This document shows, piece by piece, positions 23,486-37,099 of a DNA stretch of 39,264 bases. Origin of the DNA: Chiloscyllium plagiosum. Lineage: Eukaryota. The notes under the pieces were generated by a model, which was not told the DNA's origin, made no database searches, and worked only from the letters and a program-made list of their open reading frames with translations. Location: positions 11,108,268 through 11,147,531 of the forward strand of contig NC_057753.1 in the NCBI RefSeq assembly GCF_004010195.1, given 5' to 3'. Positions within the stretch are counted from its first letter, which is position 1, and every line of letters starts with the position of its first letter. The position numbers were made by a program, and so were the translations under genes.

Positions 23486-24319
23486 TGGCAGTGTTTGGAT
23501 TTTGCTGTTAATCTCATACAAGGTGAAGCCTTGTTCACGACGCCTGCGTTGATGTTAATGAACTCCAGCCCAGTTATAGTTCAGCCCACTGAAATCAGTC
23601 AACTGAAAGTTGTTCACAAACAGCACCTGGGTATTTCTGCAAACAGACGTATGTTGCGGATATTTTCTCTTACACTCATCGGGAGAATTTGTAAGAATAT
23701 AAACTTAACTACAGAACCAATGTTTACACTGTATGAGAAATGAGCAAGAGTACTCTAGTGGAGGCATTGCCATGAAGGATGCATCAGCTAACAATGATTG
23801 ACATTTAACTGCCAGGGGTTGAAATGGGTGGAGTGCATATACATGCCCTCTCTGTCCATGATGAACAGAATTAGTGATGTATATGTGGGCACAAATTCAG
23901 GTTGACCTATTTGATCGTGCTAATGTTTTAACGTATCTGCATACGTACAGACTGCCCTAGACACAACTAAAGCAGTCTCCCTTTTATGTTCTATTTCATT
24001 TTTGACCAGTTCTATATCACATAAAGGCGCAAAGTGGTTGCATTAATTGCTGCAAACAGTTGTCAACAATTTTTTCCATTTCCACAGGGAAAAATTCTTC
24101 CCCTTTTGCAAAGCCTATATGTGATGTCAGTATATCCAGTAATGTAATGACCATATGCTGAGTTGACATTGTGAGGCTATTCACCAATGAGCCATCGGCA
24201 CCTGCACTGCAGCACCAGATTGAGGTGATCTCGACACAGCAACACCGTGAGAATCAGAAGTCATTGAATTTACAAGCTCGCAAATTGGCAGGACCAATTC
24301 TGGGTTTACCCTGTCCAAC

Positions 24320-25300
24320 CTCTAAGAACCTGAAATTTTCAACATGGTCTTCTGTTATTCTTCTAAACTCCAATGAGTACAGGCTCAGCCTGTTCCATCT
24401 CCTCTCCAGAGGATATCCTCCCATTCCAGGATCAATGCCTGAACATTCTAGGAACTGTCTTTCCTAAAATAAGGAGGCTAAAGCTGTTCACAGTATTCCA
24501 AGTGTGATCTTGCTAGTACCTTATAGTTTTAACAACACATTCCTATTTTTTCTCCCATTCTCTTTAAATAAAGGCCAAAAGACCTTCCTGATTACCTGCT
24601 GAGCTTGGGTGCAAGATTCTTGTCTTTCAAATGCAAAGACCCACAATTTTGTCTGTTGTGCAGCTTCAGTGTTTTTCTTCATTTAAATAATAGTCTCCGC
24701 TCCTAATCTTACGGTTAAAGTGCATAAGCTCCAGTTTTTTCCCCACATTATAATCTAAGAGCTGAGTTTTTGTCCACTTGCTTATCCAGTTTCTATCCCT
24801 CGGTGGTCTCACTGTGCCATCGTTACTACTTGCCTCCATCTTTGTGTGTTATCTGCAAATTAGGCAACAGTACATTCACTTCTGTCATCTAAGTCGTTCA
24901 TATAGATTCATATTGGCTCCATTACTGACACCTATGGGACTTCACAAGTTACAATGTGTCATCATGACAATGCCCTTTTTATCTCAACTCTTGCCGTCAA
25001 CTCATTACCTAATCCTTGATCAACGTTAATATATACCTCGAACAGTGTGGGTTCAAGGGTTCTTATCTTCTGAAGTAGTCTTGTGATACAATACCTTACT
25101 GATCACTTCTTGGAAAACTACATAGTACATCTTCTGGTTCCCCTTTATCTGTCTTGCTCGTTACCTCAAAATATTTTAACAAACTTGTCAGCTATGATTT
25201 CCTCTTCACAAAACCACAGTGATTCTGCTTGATTGTATAAATGTATTTGTAAATGCTCTGTTATTTCAATTTCTATAACAGATCTCTAACATTTTCCCAA
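24320..25300 (-). mobile_element. Highly decayed CR1 RT/3' fragment
   Basis: Reverse-complement CR1-like phrases such as 'ttctaaactccaatgagtacaggc', 'ttatctgcaaat' and 'cttcacaaaaccac'. Confidence 0.6.
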
Positions 25301-25989
25301 TGACAGAGCAAGTTGTGAAATTGAGTTGAGTCAATTTGATAGTTTCTGGGGCTGGGCACTCAGAAAATGTGACTATGAAAGCTACCAATTGTCATTAAAA
25401 ACCTAACTGGTTTATTTGCACCCTTCAGGGATGGAACCTGCCACCTGGTCTGGTCATAGACACTCTGACTTCCATGGAATGGTGGAGATTGGGGTGGGTG
25501 CAGGGGGAAAGAGAGAGGACTGTGAGGAGGTTGTGGATGGGAGAGGTATTCACTAATAACTCAATCATAACTTTCACTAACCTTCCCAAAACTGCCACTT
25601 CCACCACCACAAATGACTAGGGAGCAGGCGAATGTGACCATGACCACCTCGACACTCCCTCCAAGTCACACAACGTCCCGCCTTCTAATGCTGGATTAAT
25701 AGAAATTTCCTCCAATCCTGTCTAGAACTCGGGGACTTTGTCTGAAAATTAGGGCTGGACTGTTCAGGAGATGTTAGGAAGCAATGTCACTCACAAAAGG
25801 GTGGTGTTGGTTTGGATCATTCCTCCAAAAAAAATTGCAGTTGATACTCAGTTGTTTGTTTTAAATCTGAGATAGATAAAAGGTTATTCAGTAAAAGGTT
25901 TTCAGGGATATGGGCAAAAAGGTGGCTATATGCAATTAGGCCACAGATGAGCCGTGATTTTATTAAATAGTGGGACAGGCTCAAGGGAC

Positions 25990-27122
25990 TGGAAAGTTAG
26001 GCAGGAATTTAAAAAGGAGGCCGTCAAGGGTAGTAATATCTGGATTGCTCCCAGTGCTCTGAGCTAGTGAGTATAGCGCATCTGAATGAGTGGCCGAGGA
26101 GTTGGTGCAGGGGAGAAGTTTTCACATTTTTGGATATTTGAAATCTCTTCTGGGGTAGAAGTGACCTGTACAAGACGGACGCGTTGCACCTAAATTGGAA
26201 GAGGACTAATATACAGGCAGGGAGATTTGAGAGCGCTGCTCAGGAGGATTTAAACTGGTAAGGTGAGGGGGGAGGGAGGGAGGAGAGGCAACCTAGGGAA
26301 ATAGTGAGGAAAGAGATCAATCTTAGACTCGTACAGCTGAGGAAAGAAGCGAGTCAAACAGTTAGGGACAAAGCAGAGAACCAGGTAGGACTGATGCATT
26401 CAAATAAATGCAGTTGAATGTAAGAGGCCTAACAGGGAAGGCAGATGAACTCAGGGCATGGTTAGGACCATGGGACTGGGATATCGTAGCAATTACAAAA
26501 ACATGGCTCAAGGATGGACAGGACTGGCAGCTTAATGTTCCAGAATACCAATGCTACAGGAAGGACAGAAAGGGAGGGAAGAGAGGAGTGCGGAGTGGTA
26601 TTTTTGATAAGGGATAGCATTACAGCTGTAATTAGAGACAATATTCCTGGAAATACATCCAGGGAGGTTACTTGGGTGGAACTGAGAAATAAGAAAGGGA
26701 TGATCACCTTATTGGGAATGTATTATAGACTCCCTAATAGTCAGCAGAAAATTGAGATACAAATTTGCAAGGAGATTTCAGTTATCTGTAAAAATAATAG
26801 AGTGGTTATGGTAAAGGATTTTAACTTTCCAAACATTGACTGATACTGCCATAGTGTTAAGGATTTAGATGGAGAGAAATTTGTTAAGTGTGTACAAGAA
26901 AATTTTCTGATTCATTGTGTGAATGTACCAAAGGGAAAAGGTGCAAAACAGGACCTACTCTTAGGAAATATGGCAGGGCAGGTGACTGAGTGGGGGAGCA
27001 CTTTGGGGCCAGTGACCATAATTCTATCAGTTTTAAAGTAGTGATGGAAAAGGATAGACCAGATCTAAACATTGAAGTTCGAAATTGGAGGAATTTTGAC
27101 AGTATTAGGCAAGAACTTTCAA
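25990..27122 (+). mobile_element. CR1 ORF1 end and ORF2 endonuclease
   Basis: 'NVRGLTGKADELRAWL..DIVAITKTWL', 'YYRLPN', 'DFNFPNID'. Confidence 0.9.
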
Positions 27123-27484
27123 AAGAGAGATTGGTGGCAGAGGTCTGAGATGCGGGGCAGAACATGGGGGTTGCATCTGTGGGGCAGGGGACCGTACTCA
27201 TACATCTTGGGGGTTTGGGGCAATCGGATGTAAGTCATGCGGGCCAAGGCAGTGTGGGGGAGCGGGCATCAAGGTAGGGGAATAGAGTGAGCTGCCAGAG
27301 GAAGTGGGGGAGGCTGGTACAATTACAGCATTTAAAAGTCACCTGGATGGGTATGTGAACAGTAAGGGCTTAGAGGGATATGCGCCAAGTGCTGTCAAAT
27401 GGGACGAGATTAGGTTAGAATATCTGGTCGGCATGGACCAAAGGGTCAGGTTCCATGCTGTACATCTCTTATGATTCCATAACT

Positions 27485-29972
27485 TCGATCTGAGACAGGT
27501 ACAGCTGAGAACAGAAGTGAGTCAAACAGCCAGGGCAGGCAGGGACAAGGTAATAAATTAATACAATACATTCCCTAATAAAGCTGCATTTATTTCAATG
27601 AAGTGGCCTAACAGGGAAGGCAGATGAACTCAGGGCATGGTTAGGAACATGGGACTGGGATATCGTAGCAATTACGGAAACATGGCTCAGGGATGGGCAG
27701 GACTGGCAGATGAATGTTCCAGGATACAAATGCTACAGGAAGTTCAGAAAGGGAGGCAAAAGAGGAGGGGGAGTGGCATTTTTGATAAGGGATAGCATTA
27801 CAGCTGTGCTAAGGGAGGATATTCCCGGAAATACATACAGGGAAGTTATTTGGGTGGAACTGAGAAATAAGACAGGGATGATCACCTTATTAGGACTGTA
27901 TTATAGACCCCCCCCAATAGTCAGAGGGAAATTGAGAAACAAACTTGTAAGGAGATCTCAGCTATCTGTAAGAATAATAGGGTAGTTATGGTAGTGGATT
28001 TCAACTTTCCAAACACCGACTGGGACTGCCATGGTGTTAAAGGTTTAGATGGAGAGGAATTTCTTAATTGTGTACAAGACAATTTTCTGATTCAGTATAT
28101 GGAAGTACCTACGAGAGAAGGTGCAAAACTTGACCTACTCTTGGGAAATAAGGCAGGGCAGGTGACTGAGGTGTCAGTGGGGGAGCACTTTGGGGCCAGT
28201 GACCATAATTCTATTTATTTTAAAATAGTGATGGAAAAGGATAGACCAGATCTAAAAGTTGAAGTTCTAAATTGGAGAAAGGCCAATTTTGATGGTATTA
28301 GGCAAGAACTTTTGAAAGCTGATTGGAGGCAGATGTTCGCAGGTAAAGGGACGGCTAGAAAATGGGAAGCCTTCAGAAATGGGATAACAAGAATCCAGAG
28401 AAGGTATATTCCTGTCAGGGTGAAAGGAAAGGCTGGTAGCTATAGGGAATGCTGGATGACTAAAGAAATTGAAGGTTTGGTTAAGAAAAAGAAGAAAACA
28501 TATGTCAGGTATAGACAAGATAGATCGAGTGAATCCTTAGAAGAGTATAAAGAANNNNNNNNNNNNNNNNNNNNNNNNNNNNNNNNNNNNNNNNNNNNNN
28601 NNNNNNNNNNNNNNNNNNNNNNNNNNNNNNNNNNNNNNNNNNNNNNNNNNNNNNNNNNNNNNNNNNNNNNNNNNNNNNNNNNNNNNNNNNNNNNNNNNNN
28701 NNNNNNNNNNNNNNNNNNNNNNNNNNNNNNNNNNNNNNNNNNNNNNNNNNNNNNNNNNNNNNNNNNNNNNNNNNNNNNNNNNNNNNNNNNNNNNNNNNNN
28801 NNNNNNNNNNNNNNNNNNNNNNNNNNNNNNNNNNNNNNNNNNNNNNNNNNNNNNNNNNNNNNNNNNNNNNNNNNNNNNNNNNNNNNNNNNNNNNNNNNNN
28901 NNNNNNNNNNNNNNNNNNNNNNNNNNNNNNNNNNNNNNNNNNNNNNNNNNNNNNNNNNNNNNNNNNNNNNNNNNNNNNNNNNNNNNNNNNNNNNNNNNNN
29001 NNNNNNNNNNNNNNNNNNNNNNNNNNNNNNNNNNNNNNNNNNNNNNNNNNNNNNNNNNNNNNNNNNNNNNNNNNNNNNNNNNNNNNNNNNNNNNNNNNNN
29101 NNNNNNNNNNNNNNNNNNNNNNNNNNNNNNNNNNNNNNNNNNNNNNNNNNNNNNNNNNNNNNNNNNNGTTTAATTCAGATAAATGCGAGGTGCTGCATTT
29201 TGGGAAAGCAAACCTTAGGAGGACTTATACACTTAATGGTAAGGTCCTCAGGAGTGTTGCTGAACAAAGAGACCTTGGAGTGCAGGTTCATAGCTCCTTG
29301 AAAGTGGAGTCACAGGTAGATAGGATATTGAAGAAGGTGTTTGGTTTGCTGTCCTTTGTTGGTCAGAGTATGGAGTACAGGAGTTGGGAGGTCATGTTGC
29401 GACTGTACAGGACATTGGTTAGACCACTGTTGGAATATTGCGTGCAATTCTGGTCTCCTTCCTATTGGAAAGATGTTGTGAAACTTGAAAGGGTTCAAAA
29501 AAGATTTACAAGGATGTTGCCAGGGTTGGAGGATCTGAACTACAGGGAGAGGCTGAACCGGCTGGGGCTGTTTTCCCTGGAGCGTCGGAGGCTGAGGGGT
29601 GAACTTATAGAGGTTTACAAAATTATGAGGGGCATGGATAGGATAAATAGACAAAGTCTTTTCCCTGGGGTCGGGGAGTCCAGAACTAGAGGGGCATAGG
29701 TTTAGGGTGAGAGGGGAAAGATATGAAAGAGACCAAAGGGTCAACTTTTTCACGCAGAGGGTGGTTCGTCTATGGAATGAGCTGCCAGGGGATGTGGTGG
29801 AGGCTGGTACAATTGCAATATTTAAGAGGCATTTGGATGGGTATATGAATAGGAAGGGTTTGGAGGGATGTGGGCCGGGCGCTGACAGGTGGGCAGGTTG
29901 GGATATCTGGTCGGCATGGACGGGTTGGACCGAAGGTTCCGTTTCCATACTGTACATCTCCATGACTGTGAC
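27485..29972 (+). mobile_element. Young CR1 ORF2 (endonuclease to 3' tail) spanning gap 28555-29167
   Basis: Long open pieces 27988-28554 and 29190-29699 with CR1 motifs; tail catgactgtgact. Confidence 0.93.
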
Positions 29973-30974
29973 TAACTGCAATAGTTGTTCCTTCCTGTCT
30001 GAAGGAAAAAGTTGGGCCAGCCTTGGCTAACAAAAGGATATTATTGATAGTACTGGATCCAAAGAAGTGGCATACAAATTGGCTAAATAGTAGCAGTAGA
30101 TCTGAAGACTGGGAGCAGTTCAGGCTTCAACTAAAGTATTGACTAAAAGGGGAAAATGGGGGATATGAAGAAAAAAAAGGATTAGTGAAAACAATTACAA
30201 TTAGAAACAAGCAAAGTTCTAATGTGGAACAAAAAGATGGCAGACGAATTAACCACATATTTTGCTTCTATCATCACAAAGGAGGACACAAGTAATATCC
30301 CCAAAATGTTGGGGAACACATGGTCCATTGAGAGCAGAACTGAAGGAAGTGAGTAGTTATGAGGAAATGGTGTCAGGAAATTGATGGGATTAAACGTTTA
30401 CAAATCCCCAGTACCTGGTAATCCAAATCCCAGTCTATGGCCTGAGATAAGGCATGCAATTGTTAAACTTCAAACTTGTGACATCCTATAAAAAGAAATG
30501 TACAAAAGACATTACTGGGAGTACAAGGCTAAAAGCTCAGTAGACATTTCTACTTTCTATGGAACGCTTTTCCTATCTACTGAAAGTATTAAATTTGAAT
30601 CCTACACATTATCCCTCCTCCTGCAATGAAATTCAAATCCATCTTCATCATGTCTTTCCTCCACTCCCGGTGTTCTCCCCTTTTTTCCTGTCTACAAAGT
30701 GAGAATAACACCAACCCCTCGATGAGTTGCTCTCCTGGTCACTGCGATCTTGAAACCACCCATTTCCTGGTCCAGCGCCCACACATTATCAGATTGTCAC
30801 AGTCACTTCAAAAATCACAGCCTGCCTTCGTATTTTTCTGGCTCTCTCCCTTTTTCCTGTTTTAAGGACTCACAGACCAAGCTCAGGGCCAGGTCTCTCG
30901 GGAGTGAAATGTGGAAATTCTAGTTGACACACAGGCTGCCGCGAGGATGGAATTCTCTCCCAGAAACGACAGGG

Positions 30975-31445
30975 GATGGTGCCTTCACCAAGATGGCGAC
31001 GTGCTCCTTACCATCACAAAGATGGCGGCCAGTTATCCGCGAAGTCCTCGCCCGGTGAAATGAACCGCGGGGCTTGTATTCGAGGCCTCAGGCGGTTCCC
31101 AATCCTACCCTGTCTCACCGTCTCCTCTCCCCGGGGGCAGGAGCTGGGGCCTGGCGACCTCCCCCCCGGGATGTTTATGAAACATGTCGGATTCCTCCCG
31201 ACACGCGCCGCCGGACCTGCTCAGCGGCTCCTGTCGTTGCCCCTTCAGCCGCCGGCCGCCATTCCCCGCCCACACTCAGTCACCCTGCCTTCGTCCCGCG
31301 GCAGCGCCTGCACTGCACATGCGCTAGCCCGCAGGGGGGGCGGGGCCCCGGTGTTGCGTCACCATTGAAGGAAGCGTGGTTGGCGGAGACGTCCAACCAA
31401 TCGGAGGCAATGGGGCGGGGCGACCGTTCCCGCCACCCTTGCAAG
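30975..31445. promoter_or_regulatory. CpG-rich promoter-like island 1, copy B
   Basis: YY1-type motifs at 30989-30998 and 31018-31030, TGCACATGCGC, two GC boxes, CCAAT near 31397; the CRE is reduced to TGCGTCA. Confidence 0.72.
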
Positions 31446-31549
31446 AAACCTCTGAAGTGTTTGTGTTTAAAGTTAGAACGTAGTTTTTCAAGAAAATTTT
31501 CAGCCTGTTCATAAATGTTACTCCCGAACCTGGGAAGGCTGAAACGTTG

Positions 31550-33590
31550 GGAAACTTTCAGACATTAACAAAGGGATACTAAAAAAAAAGAATAAAAATA
31601 CGTAAGGCAAATCACAAAAGAAAACTAGCACGAAATATCAAAAAGTACAGCAAAAAGCTTTCTGTTGGTATGCTAAAGGGAACTGAGTCGCTAAGGTAAA
31701 CGTTGGTCCCTTCGAAGATGAAACCGCTGAGTTCATAAGGGGAACACTGAAGTGGCAGAGATGCTAAATCAATACTTTTCCTTGGTTTTCAAGTTGGAGG
31801 ACAATAGTGCCATCCCTATTGGAATGGGCAAGTCAGAGGCTATAGAAAGTGGAGAACATAAACAATCAACGTCGAAAGGGAAAAGCAAACTATGAGGATT
31901 GAGGGCAGACAACTCCCCTGGGCCTAATGGCCTACATCCTGGAATACTAAAGATAGTGGATTCATTACTTACAATATTCCAAAAATCGATGGACATGGGA
32001 AAGATTAATTGAGTTTATTTAAGACTAAGGTAGATAGGTTCTTGATTGTCAAGAGGATCAATGATTATGGGGAAAAGGCGGTAAAATGGATTTGAGAAAC
32101 TTCTCCGCCATGATCGAATGGTGGAGCAGATTCAATGGGCCGATTGGTCTAATTTCTGCTCCTATATCTCATCTTATGATTCCAGTGGATTGGAATAATA
32201 CTGATGTAACACCTGTATTCAAAAAGGGAGTGAGGCAACATGTTGGAGATTGCAGACCAGTTAGTTTAACATCTGTGGTTGGGAATGTGTTAGAATCCGT
32301 AATCAAGGAAGCAATATCAGGATATTTTGAAAGTCAAAACTCTATCCATCAGAGTCAGTATAGTTTTATGAAGGTCAAATCATAATTGACTAATTTGCTA
32401 GAGCTCTTCGAAGATTAAACAACCAAAGTGGATACTGTGGATCCTGCAGATATAATATACCTGGACTTCCAGAAGGCATTTGCTAAAGTGCCACACAAAA
32501 GGTTAGTTGACAAGGTTGGATCATATGGGATTAGGGGTGATTTATCAGCTTGGATAGGTGGCTAGCTGATGGGCAGAAGACAGACAGTCTGAATCAACGG
32601 CTTTTTTTTCTGGATGGCAAGATGTAACTAGTGAGGTGCCATGGGGTTCAGTCCTTGGACCCCAGCTTTTTACAATCTACATTTGCGACTTGGACACAAG
32701 GATAAAAGGCTCGATATCCATATTTGTGGATGACACAAAAATATGCGGGATGGTAAATTGCAATGAGGAAATAAGAACTTTAGAAATGGATATAGATAGT
32801 TTAGGAGAGTGGGCCAAAATGTGGCAGATGAAGTTTAATGTGGATAAGTGTGAGGTCATGCATCTTGGTTGAAAAAACATAAGGCAACCTCTTATCTAAA
32901 TGGGGAGAGACTTCGGGGTGCTCTGGTGCAGAGGGATCTGGGTAACCTCATTCATGAGTCACAGAAAACTAGCATATAGGGACAGCAGATAATAAAGAAA
33001 GTGAATGGAACATTGGCTTTTAGAACAAAAGGAAGAGAATATCAAGGTAACTGTACATGGCAGTGCTGACTGCACCTTTAATCCCAGTTTTTGAAAAGGA
33101 TGTAGTGATATTGGAGGCAGTTCACGTGAGTTTCACGAGATTGATCCCAGAGATGAGGGGCTTGTGTATAAAGATAGGTTGAACATTTTAGGACGATACG
33201 CTCTACAATTTAGAAGAATCGGGAGCAGATCAAATTGAGGTGTTCCAGATGATAAAAGTTATGGATAAAATAAACATGGAGTGGATACTTCCTCTTGTGG
33301 GGCATTATGGGATGAGAGGTCATAGATTTGGAATAGGTGGTAGCAGATTTAAAACAGAGTTGAGGGGAAATTACTTCTCCCAGAGGGTTGTGAATCTGTG
33401 GAATTCGCTACCACAAAGTGGTACATGCTGGGACAGTGAGTAAATTTAAAAAAGAGATAGACAGATGTTTAATTAATGATGGGTTGAAGGGTTATGGGGA
33501 GAAGGAAGGAAAATGGGGGTGAGGAGCATATCGAATGGCGGAACAGACTCGATGGGCCGAATGGCCTAATTCTGCTCCTATATCTTATGA
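31550..33590 (+). mobile_element. Old CR1 ORF2 remnant (copy B, uninterrupted)
   Basis: 'DCRPVSLTSVVG', 'PWGSVLGPQLFTIYI..FVDDTKI'. Confidence 0.85.
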
Positions 33591-33675
33591 ACGCCGGAGC
33601 AGGCAGGAATTGAACCCGTTCCAGGTTTAGGTCACTTCCTCTGGGCTACAAGACATCCGTAAAAATATCAAATCC

Positions 33676-33748
33676 TTCCCCAGCGGGGAACTGTACCCCC
33701 AGTCTCATGAGTCGCAGGTGGGGATACTAGCCACTACATTATCGAGGA
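33676..33748 (-). pseudogene. tRNA-Asp pseudogene, copy B
   Basis: Same sequence as 15012-15084. Confidence 0.85.
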
Positions 33749-34654
33749 CGCTGGTCAGTTATAAGGGTGGAGAATGGGTGGGTATTTCAGGAACTATTAT
33801 GGACACCATAGGCTGAATGGCCTCCTCATATATAGTAACATTCTAAAACATTCTAATTCAGCCAATGATCTGAACACAAGTACAGTTCCCTTGGGGAGAT
33901 ACCAGAGGTTGTAGCAAGGAATCCAATTCCCTGTTTGACCTGGAAAGTAATCCCCACATGCAGGCCAAGGAGAGGTGATCCACCTGCTCCACATATGGGA
34001 AGGGATTCACTTCATCATCCAATCCCAAATACATCAGCGACTTCCTACTGGACAGAAAGGATTGAACTTCTCAGCTTTATAAAAAGTTCAATTTTTATAG
34101 TTGTAGTGAGAATCACAGTTTTCCCAACTGTCGGGTGGTTCTAGTGATGTTGAGAGACCAGGTTTTGAATGGATAACCGCTCAGGTAACAATGGTTGCTG
34201 TGGGGCTCAGTGATGACGGAGAGGCCATCCCTTCAGATGCTCGGTTGTTTCTTTGTGTTGCTGGGCTTGGCCTAGTTGACTGCTCTCTGAGGCTGAATTG
34301 CTTCTGCAAAAAAAAAAATGCCAGCGAGAGGAAGGTCTGTGTTTCTTGTTGAAAAGAATTGATTTCTTCAGTAATTAGGATTATCTTGCAGCAATAACCA
34401 GCATGTTCAGTCGCAGCAGTGTGTACCACATACAATATGCTTTGCAGAAATTTACCAAGCCTATTTAGATAGCTCCTTTCAAACTACTGCCATTAAGAAG
34501 GGCAAGAGCAGCAATTAGCTGCAAGTTCTCTTCCAAGCCACTCACCATCCAGACTTGGAAATAGTTTGCTGTTTATGTGTTGGGCCAGATCCTGGAATAG
34601 CAGAGTGGGTGTACTTATGGCACATGGACTGCAGCATTTCCAGGAGGTAACTCA

Positions 34655-35170
34655 CAGGAAAGGAATTCCAGGCCTTATGGCTGAGCCACCAATGATGAAG
34701 CAATCAAAACTGGGAATCTGTAAAAGGCCAGCATTGGAGCAGCCCATACATCTCAGCACAGGAAGATTACAGAGATAAAGATGGGAGAAGCCATTGGAGG
34801 TATTTGAAGACTAAAATGAGAATATTAAAATTTCGATATTGCTAGTAAACAGCAGCAATGTTTTAGGTGATTTCAAGTTGACAGAGGGAAGAATTGAGTA
34901 CAGCATTGAAGTAGTCGAGTCTGGAGGTAAGGAAGGGACTGAAAAGATTGGGAAAGGCTCAAATGAAATGACAGGGATGGATACAAGTATCTTCGTACTG
35001 GCACAGATCAGAAGCTTCTCTCAGAATCAAATGCAGCAAGTTGTGAACAGCCTGGCTGAATCTCAGTGAGTTACAAGGGAGAGAGAGAGATGGAGGCTGG
35101 AGCTCAGGAATGAAGATTGGTGCAGAGACTGGAAACAGCGGCTTAATTCTTCCCAACGTTTAATTGGAGT
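34655..35170 (-). mobile_element. L2-type LINE remnant, copy B
   Basis: Paralog of 15990-16495 with the same SRLDY motif. Confidence 0.68.
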
Positions 35171-35709
35171 GGATCCATCAATATGAAGAATATCAGGAAC
35201 TAGAATGGACAATGAAACTATTGAAGGTTCAAATTAGTTTCAGCTGGAGGGAAGGAACACTGGGAGGTTTAGGGAAACCACCTTCACATGATCAGTTCCA
35301 ACAGTGAGAAATTTCAGCCATAACTTTAGATTGGAGAAGGCTGACAGAAGATTTAAAAGAAGTTGTGAAAATCATGAGGGGTCTACCCGGAACAGACAGT
35401 GAGATACTGTTCACCATGGTCAAAGCATTGAGAATAAGAACGCAGATTTCAAATGCATTACAAAGAAGCAAATCTGATGTGAGAAAGAAATTTCATACAG
35501 TGAGTAAATAGATCTGGAACACGTTGCATGGAACAGCGGTTTAAGCAGGTTCAATTAAGGTCATTTGACGACAAGCAATGTACAACTTTAAAAGGAAAAA
35601 TCAGGACAATGGCACAAGGTGAGAAAGTTCATTTAGAGCACTGCACGGACACAATGGGCTGAGTGGCCTGCTTCTGTGTTTTAATAATTCAATGTTTCAT
35701 AATTACTCA

Positions 35710-35791
35710 TCGGATCTCAGTCAGTTATGAACATCTGCTATTTTGTACGGTCGGATCTCAGTCAGTTATGAACATCTGCTATTTTGTACGG
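35710..35791 (+). repeat. 41-bp perfect tandem duplication specific to copy B
   Basis: tcggatctcagtcagttatgaacatctgctattttgtacgg twice; a single unit in copy A (~17045-17085). Confidence 0.92.
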
Positions 35792-36705
35792 TCAGTCAGG
35801 GAGGATCAATCAGATCACTGTTTTACAATGATTCATGATTGGGGAACTGCAAGGATTGGGACTGGGACCCCAGGTATTCACAATATATATCAATGATTCG
35901 GATGAGAGAACTAAATGGAATATTTCACAATCTGCAGATGACACAAAGCTGGGTGGAAGGATGAGCTGCGAGGAGGATGCAATGATATTTGGACAGCTGA
36001 GTGAGTGAACAAATGTATGGCAGGAGCAGTTTAGTGTGGATAAATGTGAGGTTTGGTAGCACAAAGAGAAAGGCAGATTATTTGAATAACTGTAACCTGG
36101 GAGATGGGAATGTTCACCAAACACTAATCCAAGATGGAGGATGGGAAAAATGTGGCTGTAAGAGCTGTTCCTTCTTTGATAATATTTTAGGTGTTGGTGA
36201 TGATTTCATTACATTCCAGGAGCAGCAATTACTGTTGTATATGCTGTTGCATTGTTTTGGAACCGTGCAGTAAAAAAGTCAAAACAAGAGCATTTTTAAC
36301 ATGGAGAAAGACAACCAAAGGCAGTGAGCACATGGTCTGTAAGGGGGAGAGAGAGAGAAACCTACACTGCTAACTGATACAGCAGTGAATCTGCGTAGGT
36401 ACTGCCTTTCCTGTTTCAATTTGTGTATCTGTGGACATCGGAGTGCATCCAGGAAACAAAATACAGCAAAATTCATAGTTGACCTCAGAGGAACCTTTGT
36501 GGGAGAGCTCATGGAACAAATAAGTGCATAGTTTTTAAACTTGCTGTAAGTCTACAGTAGTGAACAGAGTGGGTTCTTTCTTCAGCATGAAGTTAGCCTG
36601 GAGCACATATATTTAAGAGCAAACAGACGGTGCTATTTTCTGGGGCTGTAGATTGTGAAGGAGCAAAGCTGGCCTTTCGTAGAGTGAGATGGGGGATTTT
36701 AGGGA

Positions 36706-36771
36706 TTCCAGCTGGGCGAACAGAACCGCAGCAACGAGCACCCGAGCTACAAACCTTCTCACAAACTTTGA
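36706..36771 (+). mobile_element. 66-bp insertion (probably a Penelope-type 3' tail) with 10-bp TSD
   Basis: attttaggga at 36696-36705 and 36772-36781; insert absent in copy A (~18058-18070). Family assignment is from memory of 'gagcacccgagctacaaa' tails. Confidence 0.75.
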
Positions 36772-37099
36772 ATTTTAGGGAGAGTTTCCATGTTACTGAG
36801 CATTATGTCTGCAGGAAGTGTCTTTGGTTGCGAATCCAGATTGAATGGATCTGTTCGAGCGACAGTTAGTGGCAATGAGGAATTTACAAGAGCGGGGGGA
36901 GGGGGGTTGTGGTCGATGGCCGTTAAAGGAAGGGAGAAAAGTCGCAGATACAATCAGAAAGGTGAAAGACTCCAGGAAGGTAGTGACCCACAAAAAGTGA
37001 TCCACACAAAGGCCAGGGAGTGACTTCCACATCCAGCTGCCACCCTGATGTAAAGCAGTTCTTTAACTAATCCGTCTGTGGTTCTAGACTGGGTTATGG

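Noticed and set aside
1825..29301. Long ORFs containing X runs (e.g. 4161-4898, 21948-22790, 27988-29301)
   Set aside because: Artefacts of N-gaps at 1944-2214, 4251-4847, 12805-13092, 22100-22600 and 28555-29167.
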